In this document: in pieces, positions 26,640 through 39,072 of the stretch
Layout: each line of letters begins with the position of its first letter
Numbering within the stretch: the stretch's first letter is position 1
NCBI RefSeq assembly: GCF_001194135.2
Contig: NC_068986.1
Coordinates: 37,068,582 to 37,132,581 of the forward strand
Direction: 5' to 3'
DNA from: Octopus bimaculoides
Lineage: Eukaryota
Length of the DNA: 64,000 nt
The notes under the pieces: generated by a model
Told to the model about the DNA's origin: nothing
Databases searched by the model: none
What the model saw: only the letters and a program-made list of their open reading frames with translations
Position numbers and translations under genes: made by a program

Positions 26640-26655
26640 AACACTTTAGTTTTAA

Positions 26656-26880
26656 GGTGGTGAGCTGGTAGAATCGTTAGCACATCAGAAGAATCGTTAG
26701 CACGTCAAGCATTTCTACTGGGTTCTTCACTTTCTAAGTTAAAATACAACTGAGATCAACTTTGCCTTTCATCCTTTCAAAGCCGATGAAAATAAAGTGA
26801 CAGTAAAGTACTGGATTCTAACCAATCAAGTAAACCCTCCCCTAAAAACTGATGGCCCTATGCCAAAAATTTGAAATAAA
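26656..26880 (+). mobile_element. tRNA-headed SINE, family C
   Basis: GGTGGTGAGCTGGTAGAATCGTTAGCAC (GAATCGTTAGCAC duplicated)...CTTTGCCTTTCATCCTTTC... Confidence 0.75.
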
Positions 26881-28394
26881 AAATGTTGTTAATGACAGAG
26901 CAGACCAAATAGAGAGAACCTAGAGAAAGATAGAACAGTCAGACAAGCTGTTAGATCAGGCAGGCAGTTAAAAGAAGCAGACAGATAGAACAGACAGATG
27001 GGTAAAACAGAGAGATAGAGAACAGACAGGCAGTTAATATAGATATATAGGGAAGACTGCTAAGGCAATAAGACAGACAAATAGAACAGAGAACAGAGAG
27101 TCCAGCTGGGCAGAACAGTGAGACCAAACAGATAACTAAAGACATATAAAATACAATAATCTCAGTAACAGCAATGATTTCAAACAAAAGTCTTACCGCA
27201 TCAACAATAAAACCTGCAAGTGAGTTAACAAACTCCTACCATGAACCAAGAATCCAGTATTTTATTCACTCAGTCATTATACCTCTCAACAACATCAAGT
27301 GAAATTGAAAGAATGCTGCTGATTTTTTTTTACATAGGAATGAAAGAAATAGGAAACAGATATTCACACCTTCCCAAGGGTATAAACAAAATAAGTGAAG
27401 TTGTTCTAACTCGCATACAAAACAGGGTTTAGGAGTTATATCACTGTAATCTTACCATAGAACCCAGCACAAACACTAACAACAAAAATAAGAGTAATGA
27501 ATTAGGAAGAAAAAGAATTAAAATATGATGCAAACCAATCCTAACCTGAATAGTTTCTAGTGAACTATTTAAGGGTCAATAATGAATGACAAACCTAAAA
27601 CAGACGTGCTGATTTTTCAGCTGATAATTAAGAAATAATACAACATACCAGGATACTGAAAGAAAAAGCAAAAACTTTGGGTTCCTTGAAACTAGCATGA
27701 AACTGTCTCATTTGCAATGTTTTACGCATTTGGTTAAGAATTTTAGTTATAAATCAAAGAGATATTGTAGAAGAATTTCCATAATGGTACTTAGGCTGCC
27801 AGGCTTATAATATCAAATATTTATTTATAAAAGTGAAAAAATACTGATGATTAAAAGAAGTAACTGAAGGTCCACATCAGAAAAACACAGCTAAAATTTC
27901 TAAAATGATTTTGTACCCAAGAATATAAAGTACAGTTCAGTATTTCAGGCAGGGTCCTTCTTCAGCTTATTCTGTGAATTATCCATTGCTACAGGATATA
28001 GTTTCAAAATGTTTCAAAGACTTTTACTTGATTCTACAGATAAGACCGCCAATTCTCAGGATTTCTGATTACATATCACATTTTGCTTTCTTTAACAAGC
28101 AGACCATAAATGTTATTGAGGTCTAAAGCAATTAAAGGAAATTACTATCACAAATAGTAATACAAATATCTGTAAGAAAAACAAATCAGTCTAGCACAGA
28201 TGATGCTAATATGCTGTAGATTTCCATAATGTAATAGTCTGCAAACACAAACTAATTATACACATAATACATGGTTACTCTCAATCCACTTATACCATGC
28301 CAAAATTTGAAACAATAATTATGATACAGCAGACTGAATAGACAGAACAGACAGAAAATACACACACATACACACACACACATTATGGACTCTC

Positions 28395-28645
28395 CTATTG
28401 CCGAGCAACCACATAGATAATCTATTTATAGTGATCAAATGTTTGCGTTCACATAAACTCATTCAGGTTGACATTACCTGTACAGGTGCGCTATGTGCCA
28501 CATGTCAGACGACAAAATGATTGCAGAGCAACGTAAAATAAAGTGCTTTGCTCAAGAACACAATAGAGCGCCCGGTCTGGGAATTGAACCCGTGATCTTG
28601 CAATTGTGAGTGCAACACACTAACCAATAAGCCATGTGGCTTCAT
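28395..28645 (-). mobile_element. tRNA-headed SINE, family J
   Basis: Minus-strand head GCCACATGGCTTATTGGTTAGTGTGTTGCACTCACAATTGCAAGATCACGGGTTCAATTCCCAG has A- and B-box-like motifs and a tRNA-like arm, but an 8-nt anticodon loop, and continues into the repeat body. Confidence 0.7.
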
Positions 28646-29562
28646 ATGTGTGTGTGTATCATTATCATCACCATCATCATCATCATTTAATGTCCATGTT
28701 CCATACTAACATTGGTTAAACAGCTTGACAGGAACTGCTGTGTCCAAGGACCGAGTTGAGCTCCAATATCTGTTTTGCTATGGTTTTATGGCTGGATGCC
28801 TTTCCTGATGCCAACCACTTTACAGTCTGGACTGGGTGCTATTTACATGCCAATGGACTACTGGGGTTGCCATGCAGCTTGCAAGACTATGAGCCCTGGG
28901 GTAGACAGGGGGTGGGGTCAGCTTCATGGAGGGAGACAAAGGGATTACAATCGGAGAGAGGGGGGTGCAGAGGAGGTTATTGTGTGATTAAGAAGTCCTG
29001 GGGTTGATTTACTCGACTAAAGGCGGTGCACCAGCATGGCCACAGTCAAATGACTGAAACAAGTAAAAGAGTAAAAGAGTAAGCATATGTTCTGTATTCC
29101 ATGTGGGTATAAATCTCTTTAAGTATTAAAGACAAATGTTAATTTGCCCAGAAATACTTTATCCTGATTAGGGTTACAATAGTAACGAGCAAAGCAGATT
29201 AATATTTCAATTTAAACTCTCTTAAAATGTTTGTAATACACAATCTACTTAATGTAATAACTCTCATTATATTTGGGTACATAATTGCTTAGCTGACCCG
29301 CCTGCTCAACTTCCACACAAGGAAAAAAATGATGGCCATGTACCTAAACTAGAAACATTATAGTCTGATTACTGTGTGTGGTGAGTGTATATGGATATAT
29401 AGACAGACATCCCCACACTTATGTCTATGTGATAAACAATCCCCCACTTCCAAATATATATATGGTTTACTTTTCCTTTAAGGTAAGATCAACAAAAATG
29501 TACTCCATCTTGTGAGAGATAAATTTTGTTTATTGTACACACACACACATGCACCCACGCAT

Positions 29563-29611
<49 letters not shown>

Positions 29612-29685
29612 TACACTTACTACTCTCTGCTATTTATTCCATCTTGATCATTCTGCTTTAAATAGTGGAGAGGGTCAAGAAGGCT

Positions 29686-29731
<46 letters not shown>

Positions 29732-29950
29732 ATACAAATCTTAAAATCAGTTGCCTTTCTAAGGTAACGTTTCTGACCTACACAACCAACCTTCAGTAAA
29801 ATATTCTGAGGCATGGAAGTCTACTCTACAATAAACATTCCTACTCAATCCACTGCACTAAAATGACAACAGAGAAAGAACATACTCTGAACAGCTCTAA
29901 GCTAAACTACCAAACCCTACATGATGGAACAAGCAATGCGGTTCCATATA

Positions 29951-31209
29951 CAAGGGGTGTTCATTAAAGATTTCCCCTGACCCAATTCCGGTTATTGCAG
30001 GAAACAGAACTTGTACAAGTATAATCATACATGTCTCTACATCACATTGTAAATTGCAGCTTTCCATTAGTGTTCGTTTGTCTTTTACGGCTGCTGAAGT
30101 GGACTAAGGTGTTATAATGGACGCAGTTGAATGCAGATCAGTGATCAGGTTCTTATACTTGAAAGGTCATACATCAAAAGAGATTTTCGATGAGTTGAAA
30201 GAAGTTTATGGTGACAATGCACCATCATATGACAGAGTTAAGCACTGGCATTGCCAGTTCAAATGTTGTCGGACATCTGTGGAAATTACTCCTATTCCTG
30301 GACGACCACGTTCCGCCATTGATGACAACACTATCCATAAAGTGGAAGTTGCCATTTTGGAGGATTGCCACATAACTATTTGGTAACTAGTGAAGATAAG
30401 TGTAGGGTCCATGGAAAAAATTATTCATGACCATTTGCATATGCAGAAGTTGTCTGCACAATGGATTGTCTGAATGCTCACGCATTTTCAGAAGCAGGAA
30501 CGAGTCAATTGCTTCCAGGATCTTTTGGTAATATACCAAGAAAACGAGGACTTTTTTGGCGGACTTATCACATAGGATGAAACATGGGTCTATCACTATG
30601 ATCCTGAGACTAAAATCCAGTCAAAGTAACAGGGGCATGATAACTTACCACCTCCAAAGAAGGCTTGTGTCTAACCCTCAGCAAGCAAGGTAATGCTCAA
30701 AGTCTTTTGTGACCAGCACAGAGTAGTGATGATGGATTTTCTGGCAAAGGCACCACAATTAACAAGGCTTATTATGGTTCTCTGCTACAAAAATTGTGGG
30801 ATGCCAATGCTGACCAAAGGAGTCTGCCTCCAAGACAATACCCCCATTCACAATGTGCATGTTGCCCAGATGAAAGCACACTCCTGCAGCTATGAAATCC
30901 TTCCTCATCCCCCTTACTCTTCCAACCTCGCACCATCTGACTTCCACTTCTTCTTTCCAACCATGAAGTCTTTTTTGAAGGGGAATCATTTTTTGGATGA
31001 TGATGAACTTATTTCCACGGTAAAGTCTTGGGTCCAGACGCAACCAACCAACGACTACAGATGAGGTCTTCACAGCTTCATAAAGCAATAGGAGAAGTGT
31101 GTCACCATTAGTGATGGCCATGTAGAGAATGACTAATAATTATGCCAAGTTTCATTTATCCCAGTCCTTGGGAAGTGGGTCTGGAGAAATCTTTAATGAA
31201 CACCCTTCA
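29951..31209 (+). mobile_element. Full-length (1259 bp) defective mariner transposon (DD34D) with both TIRs
   Basis: 5' TA|CAAGGGGTGTTCATTAAAGATTTCCCCTGACCCAATTCC is matched by 3' GGAAGTGGGTCTGGAGAAATCTTTAATGAACACCCTTCA (imperfect TIR of about 39 bp). The 3' TA target duplication has decayed. Confidence 0.93.
30117..31136 (+). pseudogene. mariner transposase pseudogene
   Basis: MDAVECRSVIRFLYLKG...GRP...WI..MLT...IT*DETWVYHYDPE...QDNTPIH...HPPYSSNLAPSDF...KCV...GHVEND*. There are 34 residues between the D of QDN and the D of PSDF, several in-frame stops, and a compensated frameshift near 30750-30810. Confidence 0.93.
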
Positions 31210-31834
31210 GACATAAACAATGTATTCTTCTGAATCTGTAAGTCACACAAAGAACATTTATTTGCACCTCCCTTAGCTCTTGTCTTCCTGATATAGTTCT
31301 TACTGGAACTATTCTTCAACAATAGATCACCATATAGGGATTTACAAGAGGTAATAAAATCCAAGTAGTTATATATCCATTCAATAGAGAGAGAGAGAGA
31401 GAGAGAGAGAGACTGAAACCTATGACGCAGGTTTATGTGTTTGTGTATGTCTGTATATTATACCGACATCAACTGAGAATAACTTTCAGCACATGTTCAC
31501 ATAAATATCATCCTGCAGAATTTAAGACGATATCTGTCTTCAATGCTCACCCTACTCCATGTTTATGCATTATCATTAAATATCTAAATATGCACATCTG
31601 ACTAGAAGAAAGAAGTATGATCATTAGAAGAATTCCTTCGAGTAAAAGAGGGGATGCAATAAAGTAGCCAACTACTGAAGGCGGAACTAAGATTTCTAAT
31701 AGCAAAAACATGGTGAGATGAAAGCAACAGTATCATAAGAAAGATACATAAAAAACAATGTGTGGCTTTATCTCTAGTACTGTGATATCGTATGAATAAC
31801 AAGGAGACTAACATATTCATTATTTGTTTAGAAC

Positions 31835-31879
31835 CTTTACAGTCTTATTATCTAAACTTTAGATAATAAGGCTGTAAAG
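31835..31879. repeat. 45-bp near-perfect palindrome (22-bp arms, 1-nt spacer)
   Basis: CTTTACAGTCTTATTATCTAAA-C-TTTAGATAATAAGGCTGTAAAG; a single T:G mismatch. Confidence 0.95.
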
Positions 31880-32543
31880 AACACACGTCTGTCGACACAA
31901 ACATATGCACACACATACGCATATACACAAGCACAGTTCTTACCAAAAATGATGAGGTTTTATTCCTGCACCTTTTCAGTAACTCTTAACAGTTTTCTTT
32001 AAGCCTTGCTCCATTTTCTTGTTTCAAATTATCTGGTTTCATTATTCTTTTGACCTTCACTCACTCATACACTTGACTATTTCTCTTTCTTTGCCCTTTT
32101 TCTCTTGCCTGTGTGTATGTGTGTGTGTGTGTGTGTGAATGTGTGTGTGTGTGAATGTGTGTGTGTGTGTACGTATGTATATATATATATATATAAATAT
32201 ATATTGCTATTGTATGTATGTATGTATGTTGACCAGTTAGTGACAGAATAGATGTTTATTTCATTTGTTGATGGCTGTTTCATAATCTGTGTTAGTTACA
32301 TAACAATGTTACATCATTTGACAAACATATGTAAATAAACACATACAAGCACCTATAAATATAATTGTGCTGCAACATAATGAACAGACTACACATCAGA
32401 CCATATCATGGCAAGTCAAATACAAGACTTTTCTATAAATTAACAAGTTGTTTCATTATATAGCAACAGACAATAGATGTATTCAGTAGATTTCACCCTT
32501 TATAAATATTAGAATGATCATATATGTTTGGTTCTTTGAATCT

Positions 32544-32752
32544 CAGACAGTTGCAGTTAATGGTCCTCTCTGATGCGACATCAATTTTTAGTGGAATCCC
32601 TCATGGATCTGTACTGGGATCACTATTGTTTGTGGTGACTCTCTCAGACATACCCTCTGTCATGCAGTCAGCTACCCTCATCAGCTATGCTGATGATACA
32701 AAGGTATCTCAAGTGGTCAAGAACCCTGATGGCACCCTAAAACTGCAGAAAG
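32544..32752 (+). pseudogene. Non-LTR retrotransposon reverse transcriptase fragment (CR1/L2/Jockey-type)
   Basis: QTVAVNG (frameshifted) then LSDATSIFSGIPHGSVLGSLLFVVTLSDIP...ISYADDTKV, matching the RT motifs GVPQGSVLGPLLF and YADD. Confidence 0.85.
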
Positions 32753-33626
32753 GTCATGCAATATCATCCTCATCATCATCACCCTTTAACGTCCTTTTTC
32801 CATGCTGGCATGGGTTAGACTATATATATATATATTCTTGATTCATTAAAATTATCTTTGCTACTAGAGTATGCTACAATTACCAAATAGTAATTTAGAT
32901 CAGCTTCACATTAGAAGAGAGAGATAATCTCAAGACTCACAAATTCTCAAAGTTGGCATGCAATTAAAGAGAATGTCAAGCTTATTATCTGGAGATAAAA
33001 AGACAGTGGAGGACATATGTTTCTGCTTCAATAATAACTGCACACTCTAACCTCAGAAACCAAGAGATATAGACATATACAAAAAGAGTAGAACACATTT
33101 ATGGCATAGGTAGTTTGCATAAACTAAAATGAGCCAAAAGAAATAACACAAAGTGACCAGTGGCACGTATATGAATAACATAAACAACTACTGGTGTATC
33201 AAATACCACCCTCATTTTTTTTTATTGCTATCAAATTCTGCTCCCATCCTTTCATTTCTCAACATGCCCTCTCTCATTATTCCATTCTGTCATTCATTCA
33301 ATCTGTAAACCGCAATTATTTTATCACACCACCTCTCTAATTCTTACTGCATCTCTCTTTCTTATACTACCTTTTACCTTCTCACTCTCTCATCCATTCC
33401 TCCTTCTATTTAACAGTTTACACATAACTGCTTGCTTCACAAACTTCCAACTCCTACACTCTCAATCTCTTACCTTTCTATTTATCTATTTAATCCACCA
33501 CTCTCGTCGTAATACTTTCTTTCTCTCTCTGTCACCTCTCTCATCACAGCTGTTGCTTTCTCCCTCGAGCATGACAAAAAGAGGGAAACCAACAACAAAA
33601 AAATTTGACATGTGACTTAATGTTTA

Positions 33627-33681
<55 letters not shown>

Positions 33682-35081
33682 GCAATAAATCATGTGTCAA
33701 ATATTTTTGCTGGTTGGTTTCCTTCAGTATGCATAATATAAGAGATGTATTCATATACACGATGACATTTCTTGAGAATAATACAATAATAGTTTCCTGT
33801 TGTCATTTACTCAGCAAGTGGGCTGCTCTCTCGAGCTTACCTTTGAGTCACAGGGTTTATTTAACCTTTAGATAGGAGAACTGATTTAAATGACATCAGG
33901 CTATGTCCACATACTAGTGAGTCTATGTGATGAATGTCCAAGGGCTAGGCTTCTTCTAAGTCCTGTTTGCGTTAGTTACACCTTCATGGTCATACTGCAC
34001 AGAACTCTCAAACATTTTGAGCATTTAATGACAGCCAAGAAACTAAAAGGAAGATGTTAGGGAAGAAAGGGAGAGAGAATATCCTATGGCCTTTCCAGCT
34101 GGCTTTAGAAAGACCAGTCAACCTAAATGCTGAGTTATGTGTGGGAGAGGAGTGAGTAGAGTACCATGACTGCTAATGCTAGTAAGAATAGCACTGGAAG
34201 AAAATTCATAAATGTATAAACGAGATAGAACTACAGAAGGAACACCACATTTTTCTACAGGAATAAAGTGAAAAAAAATTAATACAACTAACTCTGAGTA
34301 ATAATATTTCAATTAAAATCTGAAACAATACTGAAACTGAACTACCAGCATCTCAGTATGTATGCATGTATAGATGTCTTATTAATGTTTCAGTACAAAC
34401 ATTTCTATCAAGCTGCATCTAAGTTCAAATACGTACACACAATGCTATTAAAACTAGTTTATCTTTAAAAGCAAAACAAATAGAGAAGTAATTTTGTTTT
34501 AATGTTCTTCTAACAAGCAAGCACATCATAAAATGTGCACTGGGACCTTTATTCTTACATCTTTGTGCATAACAGCTGCTGTTAGTTTTTATAAGTTCTT
34601 AAATTCTTTACAATACATTTTATATTTTTCACTTCCTTTTCTATATCCTTTCATCACTAAACTCTGCTGTGTTAGTTTCTCTCCCCATTCATCTTTTCAC
34701 AAATGAATGATTTCAACAAACACTTTGTTTTTATTGTTGACATTCATCTCTCTAATGCTTATACGTCAACAACTGGGTAAGTATGGGTAAGTATCCCTGA
34801 AGAAAAACCAGAGTTCTTTCAAATTCCTGTCATTACTTGTGCTACTGATACTCAATATTCAGTTCTTAAAATTCTTTCACATTCAATGTAGTTCTTCACT
34901 CCTTTTCAATGCTAACAATTGAGTAACAGTCCTATGCTATCAATGATAACAGGAGTATAATTAATACTAATTGACCATTGTTGGGTGCTAGAGTTTTTGG
35001 AAATATAATTAGTGTCAGATCTTTCAATTTCAATGGAAACAGTTAAAATATTTGCCAGAATTTATTTGAGTTAGTCAAGTC

Positions 35082-35190
<109 letters not shown>

Positions 35191-35232
35191 TAGATAGATA
35201 GAAAGATAGATAGATAGATATACATGTGTATA

Positions 35233-35564
35233 CAGGGTGCGGTGAATAAACTGTCATCTAAATGATGCAAAAATGAAAATTACACTGACATCTCATTTTA
35301 ACAGAAATATTTACCAAAATTACATAAAAATATCTTGAAATACTAAAGAATAAATTTATTCAATACAAATGCCATTGGTTTCAACCATGGCCTCCAGACA
35401 ACTTCGGAATTTCCTGCAACTCTTCTGGACAGCCTCCTTGTTTAAGTTGATGAATGTACTGTAATCCTTGCTTTCAGTTCATCTTTAGTGTTACAAGTTT
35501 TGTTAGTCTCTTACTCAACTGCACCCCACACATAATAATCAAGGGGGTTGCAGTTTGAGGAGTT
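35233..35564 (-). mobile_element. 3' fragment of a maT (DD37D)-like Tc1/mariner element
   Basis: TA|CAGGGTG terminus at 35231-39. The minus strand encodes NSSNCNPLDYYVWGAVE*ETNKTCNTKDELKARIT, then after a frameshift NLNKEAVQKSCRKFRSCLEAMVETNG, i.e. the SPDxNPLDYxVW third-aspartate motif. Spacing cannot be measured because the second D is missing. Confidence 0.75.
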
Positions 35565-36367
35565 ACTAAATTCTTTGTTATATTTAAAGTAATTGAAAGA
35601 AACACAGAGCATCTCAAAATAAATACAGTACAAAAGGGTTAAGTTATGTATAGCCTGGGCCAATTTTGGGCTGAAACATATCTAAGTGTATCTTTCTCTC
35701 TCTCTCTCTTTCTGTTTATGTGTATGTGTGTGTATGGCTGTATGGCTAAGAAATTTGTATCAAGGTCACAGGTTTGATCCTACAGTATGCCATTTTGGAC
35801 AAGTGTCTTCCACCAAGTGTTTTTCACTCATGAGGTCATATCAACAGAAGGCACTTGCCCAAGGTGTTCTGCTGTGAAGTAGGATCAAACCCTGAACCAC
35901 ATGATTGCACACCAAGCTACTTAACCACACAGCTATACCTGTCTCTAAATATTTTGTGCATGTAACCATCCATGCAACACAAAAATACTCACTAATATAC
36001 AGGTAACACTACACACTAACATCTGAAAGTTGATTTTAATTAATGAAGAAAGAACCAATGAAACAAAGCTAAAAATTAACCCTCCATTGTTACTGTGCAA
36101 CCATTCTTCCTTTACATACACCAAAATCTATTTAATGGTTGACTGAATCTTTAATATATATATATATATTATTTGAAATTACAGAACCAGATAATGCCTA
36201 TTTTTGTTTCTTTGTTCATTTGATTTTTCTCATTTGTTTAAAATATAAATTGTTTTTTATTCTCTTTTGTGTTTTCTTTTTTTCTTTAATTTCTAACTTT
36301 AATTTCTGATTTCATAATTTAGCAGATGTAAAAATATTAATGTTGTGATAAACAGATGAGAAGAAAG

Positions 36368-37100
36368 TTGGTAGGTAGAAGTGATAAAGGTGGTGGCAGT
36401 GGTGGTGGTGGTGGTGTTGGTGTTGGTGGTGGTTGTGTTGGTGGTGGTGGTGGAGGTGGTTGTGTTGNNNNNNNNNNNNGGCAGTGGTGGTGGTGGTGTT
36501 GGTGTTGGTGTTGGTGGTGGTTGTGTTGGTGGTGGTGGTGGAGGTGGTTGTGTTGGTGATGGTGGTCACTGTGGTGGTAGAGGTAGCTGTGGAGGTGGTA
36601 GTTGTGGTGGTGGTAGTTGTGTTGGTAGTAGTGGTTGCATTGGTGAAAGTAGAGGTGATAATGTTGGCGATGATAGTGGTAGAGGAAGACGTGGTGATAC
36701 TGAAAGTGAAGGTGGTAGTGTTGGGTGGTGAGAGTCATTTGGCATTAGTGATGGAGGTGTAGAGGTGACAGCGATAGTGCTAGGGTAGTAATGATGTTGA
36801 TAGTTATGATGCCCATAATAATGGTAATAGTAGCGGTGGTTGTGGTCGTGGTGGTGGTACTGGTAGTAGTACCGGTGGTAGTAGTACTGTGGTGGTGGTG
36901 GTAGTAAAATTAATGGTGATGTTAGTTATGTTGCTAAGGTAGCGGTATTAATAGTGATTGTGACTGCAGTATTTAGTAGCAGTGATAATGATGATGATTC
37001 AGTTTGCATTGGTAGCAGTACAGATGGTAACGGAAACATAAACGATGGTAGTGATGATATAGTATTGGTGTTGGTATGGTATTGGTAGATGTGGTACTAG
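36368..37100. repeat. Degenerate (GGT/GTT/GAT)n low-complexity tract
   Basis: Triplet mosaic producing spurious poly-V, G, H and T ORFs. Confidence 0.9.
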
Positions 37101-38327
37101 AATTAGTAGAGGTGATGTTGGCAGGAGTGGGTTGGGAAATACATCAAGACCATCTGCTTTACAGATAAATTGTTGAAATTTTCTATGGCGCCATTTTACT
37201 CATGTAAAAGCTACAAAGTTCCTAAAGACTTAATGCAGGTGGCATTCCTTTTACAGGAATTTTTGTTTTAGCTTGTTCAATTTCTATTTATTCACTCAAC
37301 TATCTACTAACGTTATACTTCTCTTTATAAAGCTGCTAATAGCATTTGTTAACTCTATCGATACCAACCCAGTATCATAGTGTTTATGGCTAAGAATTTT
37401 GCCTTGCAATCATATGGCTTTTATGATCATTTCCACAATGTAGCAGCCATGGGCCAACCGATGCCTTTTTCAATGTATTTGGTAGAAAGAAACTGTCCAG
37501 GAGCTCAACACATATGTATAATTACATATACACAGGTAATTATCGAAAACTTACTCACCTCTACATTAATCAACAAGTCTATGAGTGAAACAATGGGACC
37601 TATACATAGTCATTTGACCAGCTAGAAAAAGCAGCTGAATCTCTTTTCAAATCATCCCATTTCACTATCTTGACAAGACTGCATGCTGAGAGTAGGTCCA
37701 TTTATTTCAACCATGTTCACCACTCCCATTCATCTTTCAGCAAATTAACCACAAGTGCAACACTTCACTCTTTCCACTCTCACTTTTCACTCCAACTGAA
37801 ACTTTAAAAAAATCAATGAGAGCTAAATTAACGAGAAAAGTATCTGACTTCAACCCTTTCTGTCATGTCTACTTGACAACCACTTTCTCCATAGGGACCA
37901 TAGAGTAGGAAAACTGCTTGCCCTGCCCACAGCTGATAGCTAGATCTTCTAGACATATGACAACAGCTATGTAGTATAACTCCAGAAACATGCAGAATTG
38001 TTATCTTGCTTCTTCACTTGCTGTGCATCCTGAAGAAGTCTCAATAACAATAGTTCTAAACCTCTAGAGTTTATCTAGAACTAACAATAACTGAACCTGG
38101 CTCCTTAAGAGCACTGTCAGGATGGGAATATCTGGAAGATATCCATTGCCTCCAGCCTGAACTTCTTCTAGAACAAACATTCAGTTCATTCTTACTGATC
38201 ACCAGAATTTTCTCAAGAATATCGCCACTCTTCCTTATCACTAGTTCTCTATAAAAAGTTAACCTGGAAATTGTACAGATTTCATGATCCAAATCTTTAC
38301 AATCTCAAATTTTAATGGATTGTATTA

Positions 38328-38377
<50 letters not shown>

Positions 38378-38734
38378 GTTATTCTTTAAGAGAAGCTTAA
38401 AGAAGAGAATATCTTTTGGCCATATCTTTTAATATTTTCTTAGTACAAGAAGCATAATCAGCTGAGTTGACTGTAGTATACAGTATTAAATGCTAACATA
38501 GGGGTTAGGGAACAGTTGATTCTATTACCCCCAATAGTTGAGGGTACTTTATTTCATAAATCTCTGAAGAATGAAAGCATAAGTTTACCTTGGCATAATT
38601 TCAACTCAGAACATAAAGGGGTGATTTTAGTATAATGCTACTACTTATTTCATTGATCTGGAAGGAAAAATGGTTGAAAAATATTTCACCCCTTTTTCCT
38701 AAAATATCTTGAAAGGAGACAAAACTGACCATTA

Positions 38735-39005
38735 TAGGATTCAGAACCTGGTGTATAAGAAAGAAGACTGTACAAGTACAAATGCGTGATGGACATGGAG
38801 GCTGACATTTGGATAAGAAAGAAAAAAAGAAATGTGCCAAATGATTCAAGTGGAAGAAACCTGCAGAAGAGAAAAGCAGAATAAGAAGACAAGGGATGAA
38901 ATGGTAAAGGTTGATCCAAAGAGACTGTCTCTCACAAAGGAGAGATGACAAAGGACTACAACAAGTGGTAAGATGCCGAGCAAGCAGGGGAAAATGGGCG
39001 GAAAA
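38735..39005 (+). mobile_element. RTE-type LINE: degraded ORF C-terminus plus terminus and (GAT)n tail
   Basis: With frameshifts it reads RRLYKYKCVMDMEADIWIRK...QVEETCRREKQNKKTRDEMVKVDPKRLSLTKEMTKDYNKW. This resembles the RTE C-terminal pattern RRLRWYGHV.RM....GRGRPRKTW.E.V..DL..L.LT..MT.DR..W and is followed by (GAT)n at about 39008-39100. Confidence 0.65.
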
Positions 39006-39006
39006 C

Positions 39007-39072
<66 letters not shown>

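Noticed and set aside
27197-27213. 17-nt candidate microexon on the minus strand (CTTGCAG|GTTTTATTGTTGATGCG|GTAAGA; GFIVDA or VLLLMR)
   Set aside because: Weak pyrimidine tract, unrecognised peptide and no partner exons; expected by chance at this window size.
28575-28642. tRNA-like cloverleaf on the minus strand
   Set aside because: It has an 8-nt anticodon loop and a poor acceptor stem, and continues into a repeat body also found at 17993; it is a SINE head, not a tRNA gene.
32940-33030. Possible continuation of the CR1/L2-type ORF downstream of the RT fragment
   Set aside because: Resemblance to the YWERLKxLxLYSLERRR motif is too weak to call by eye.
36312-36762. Overlapping His-, Val- and Gly-rich ORFs
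   Set aside because: Low-complexity (GGT)n mosaic spanning an N-gap.
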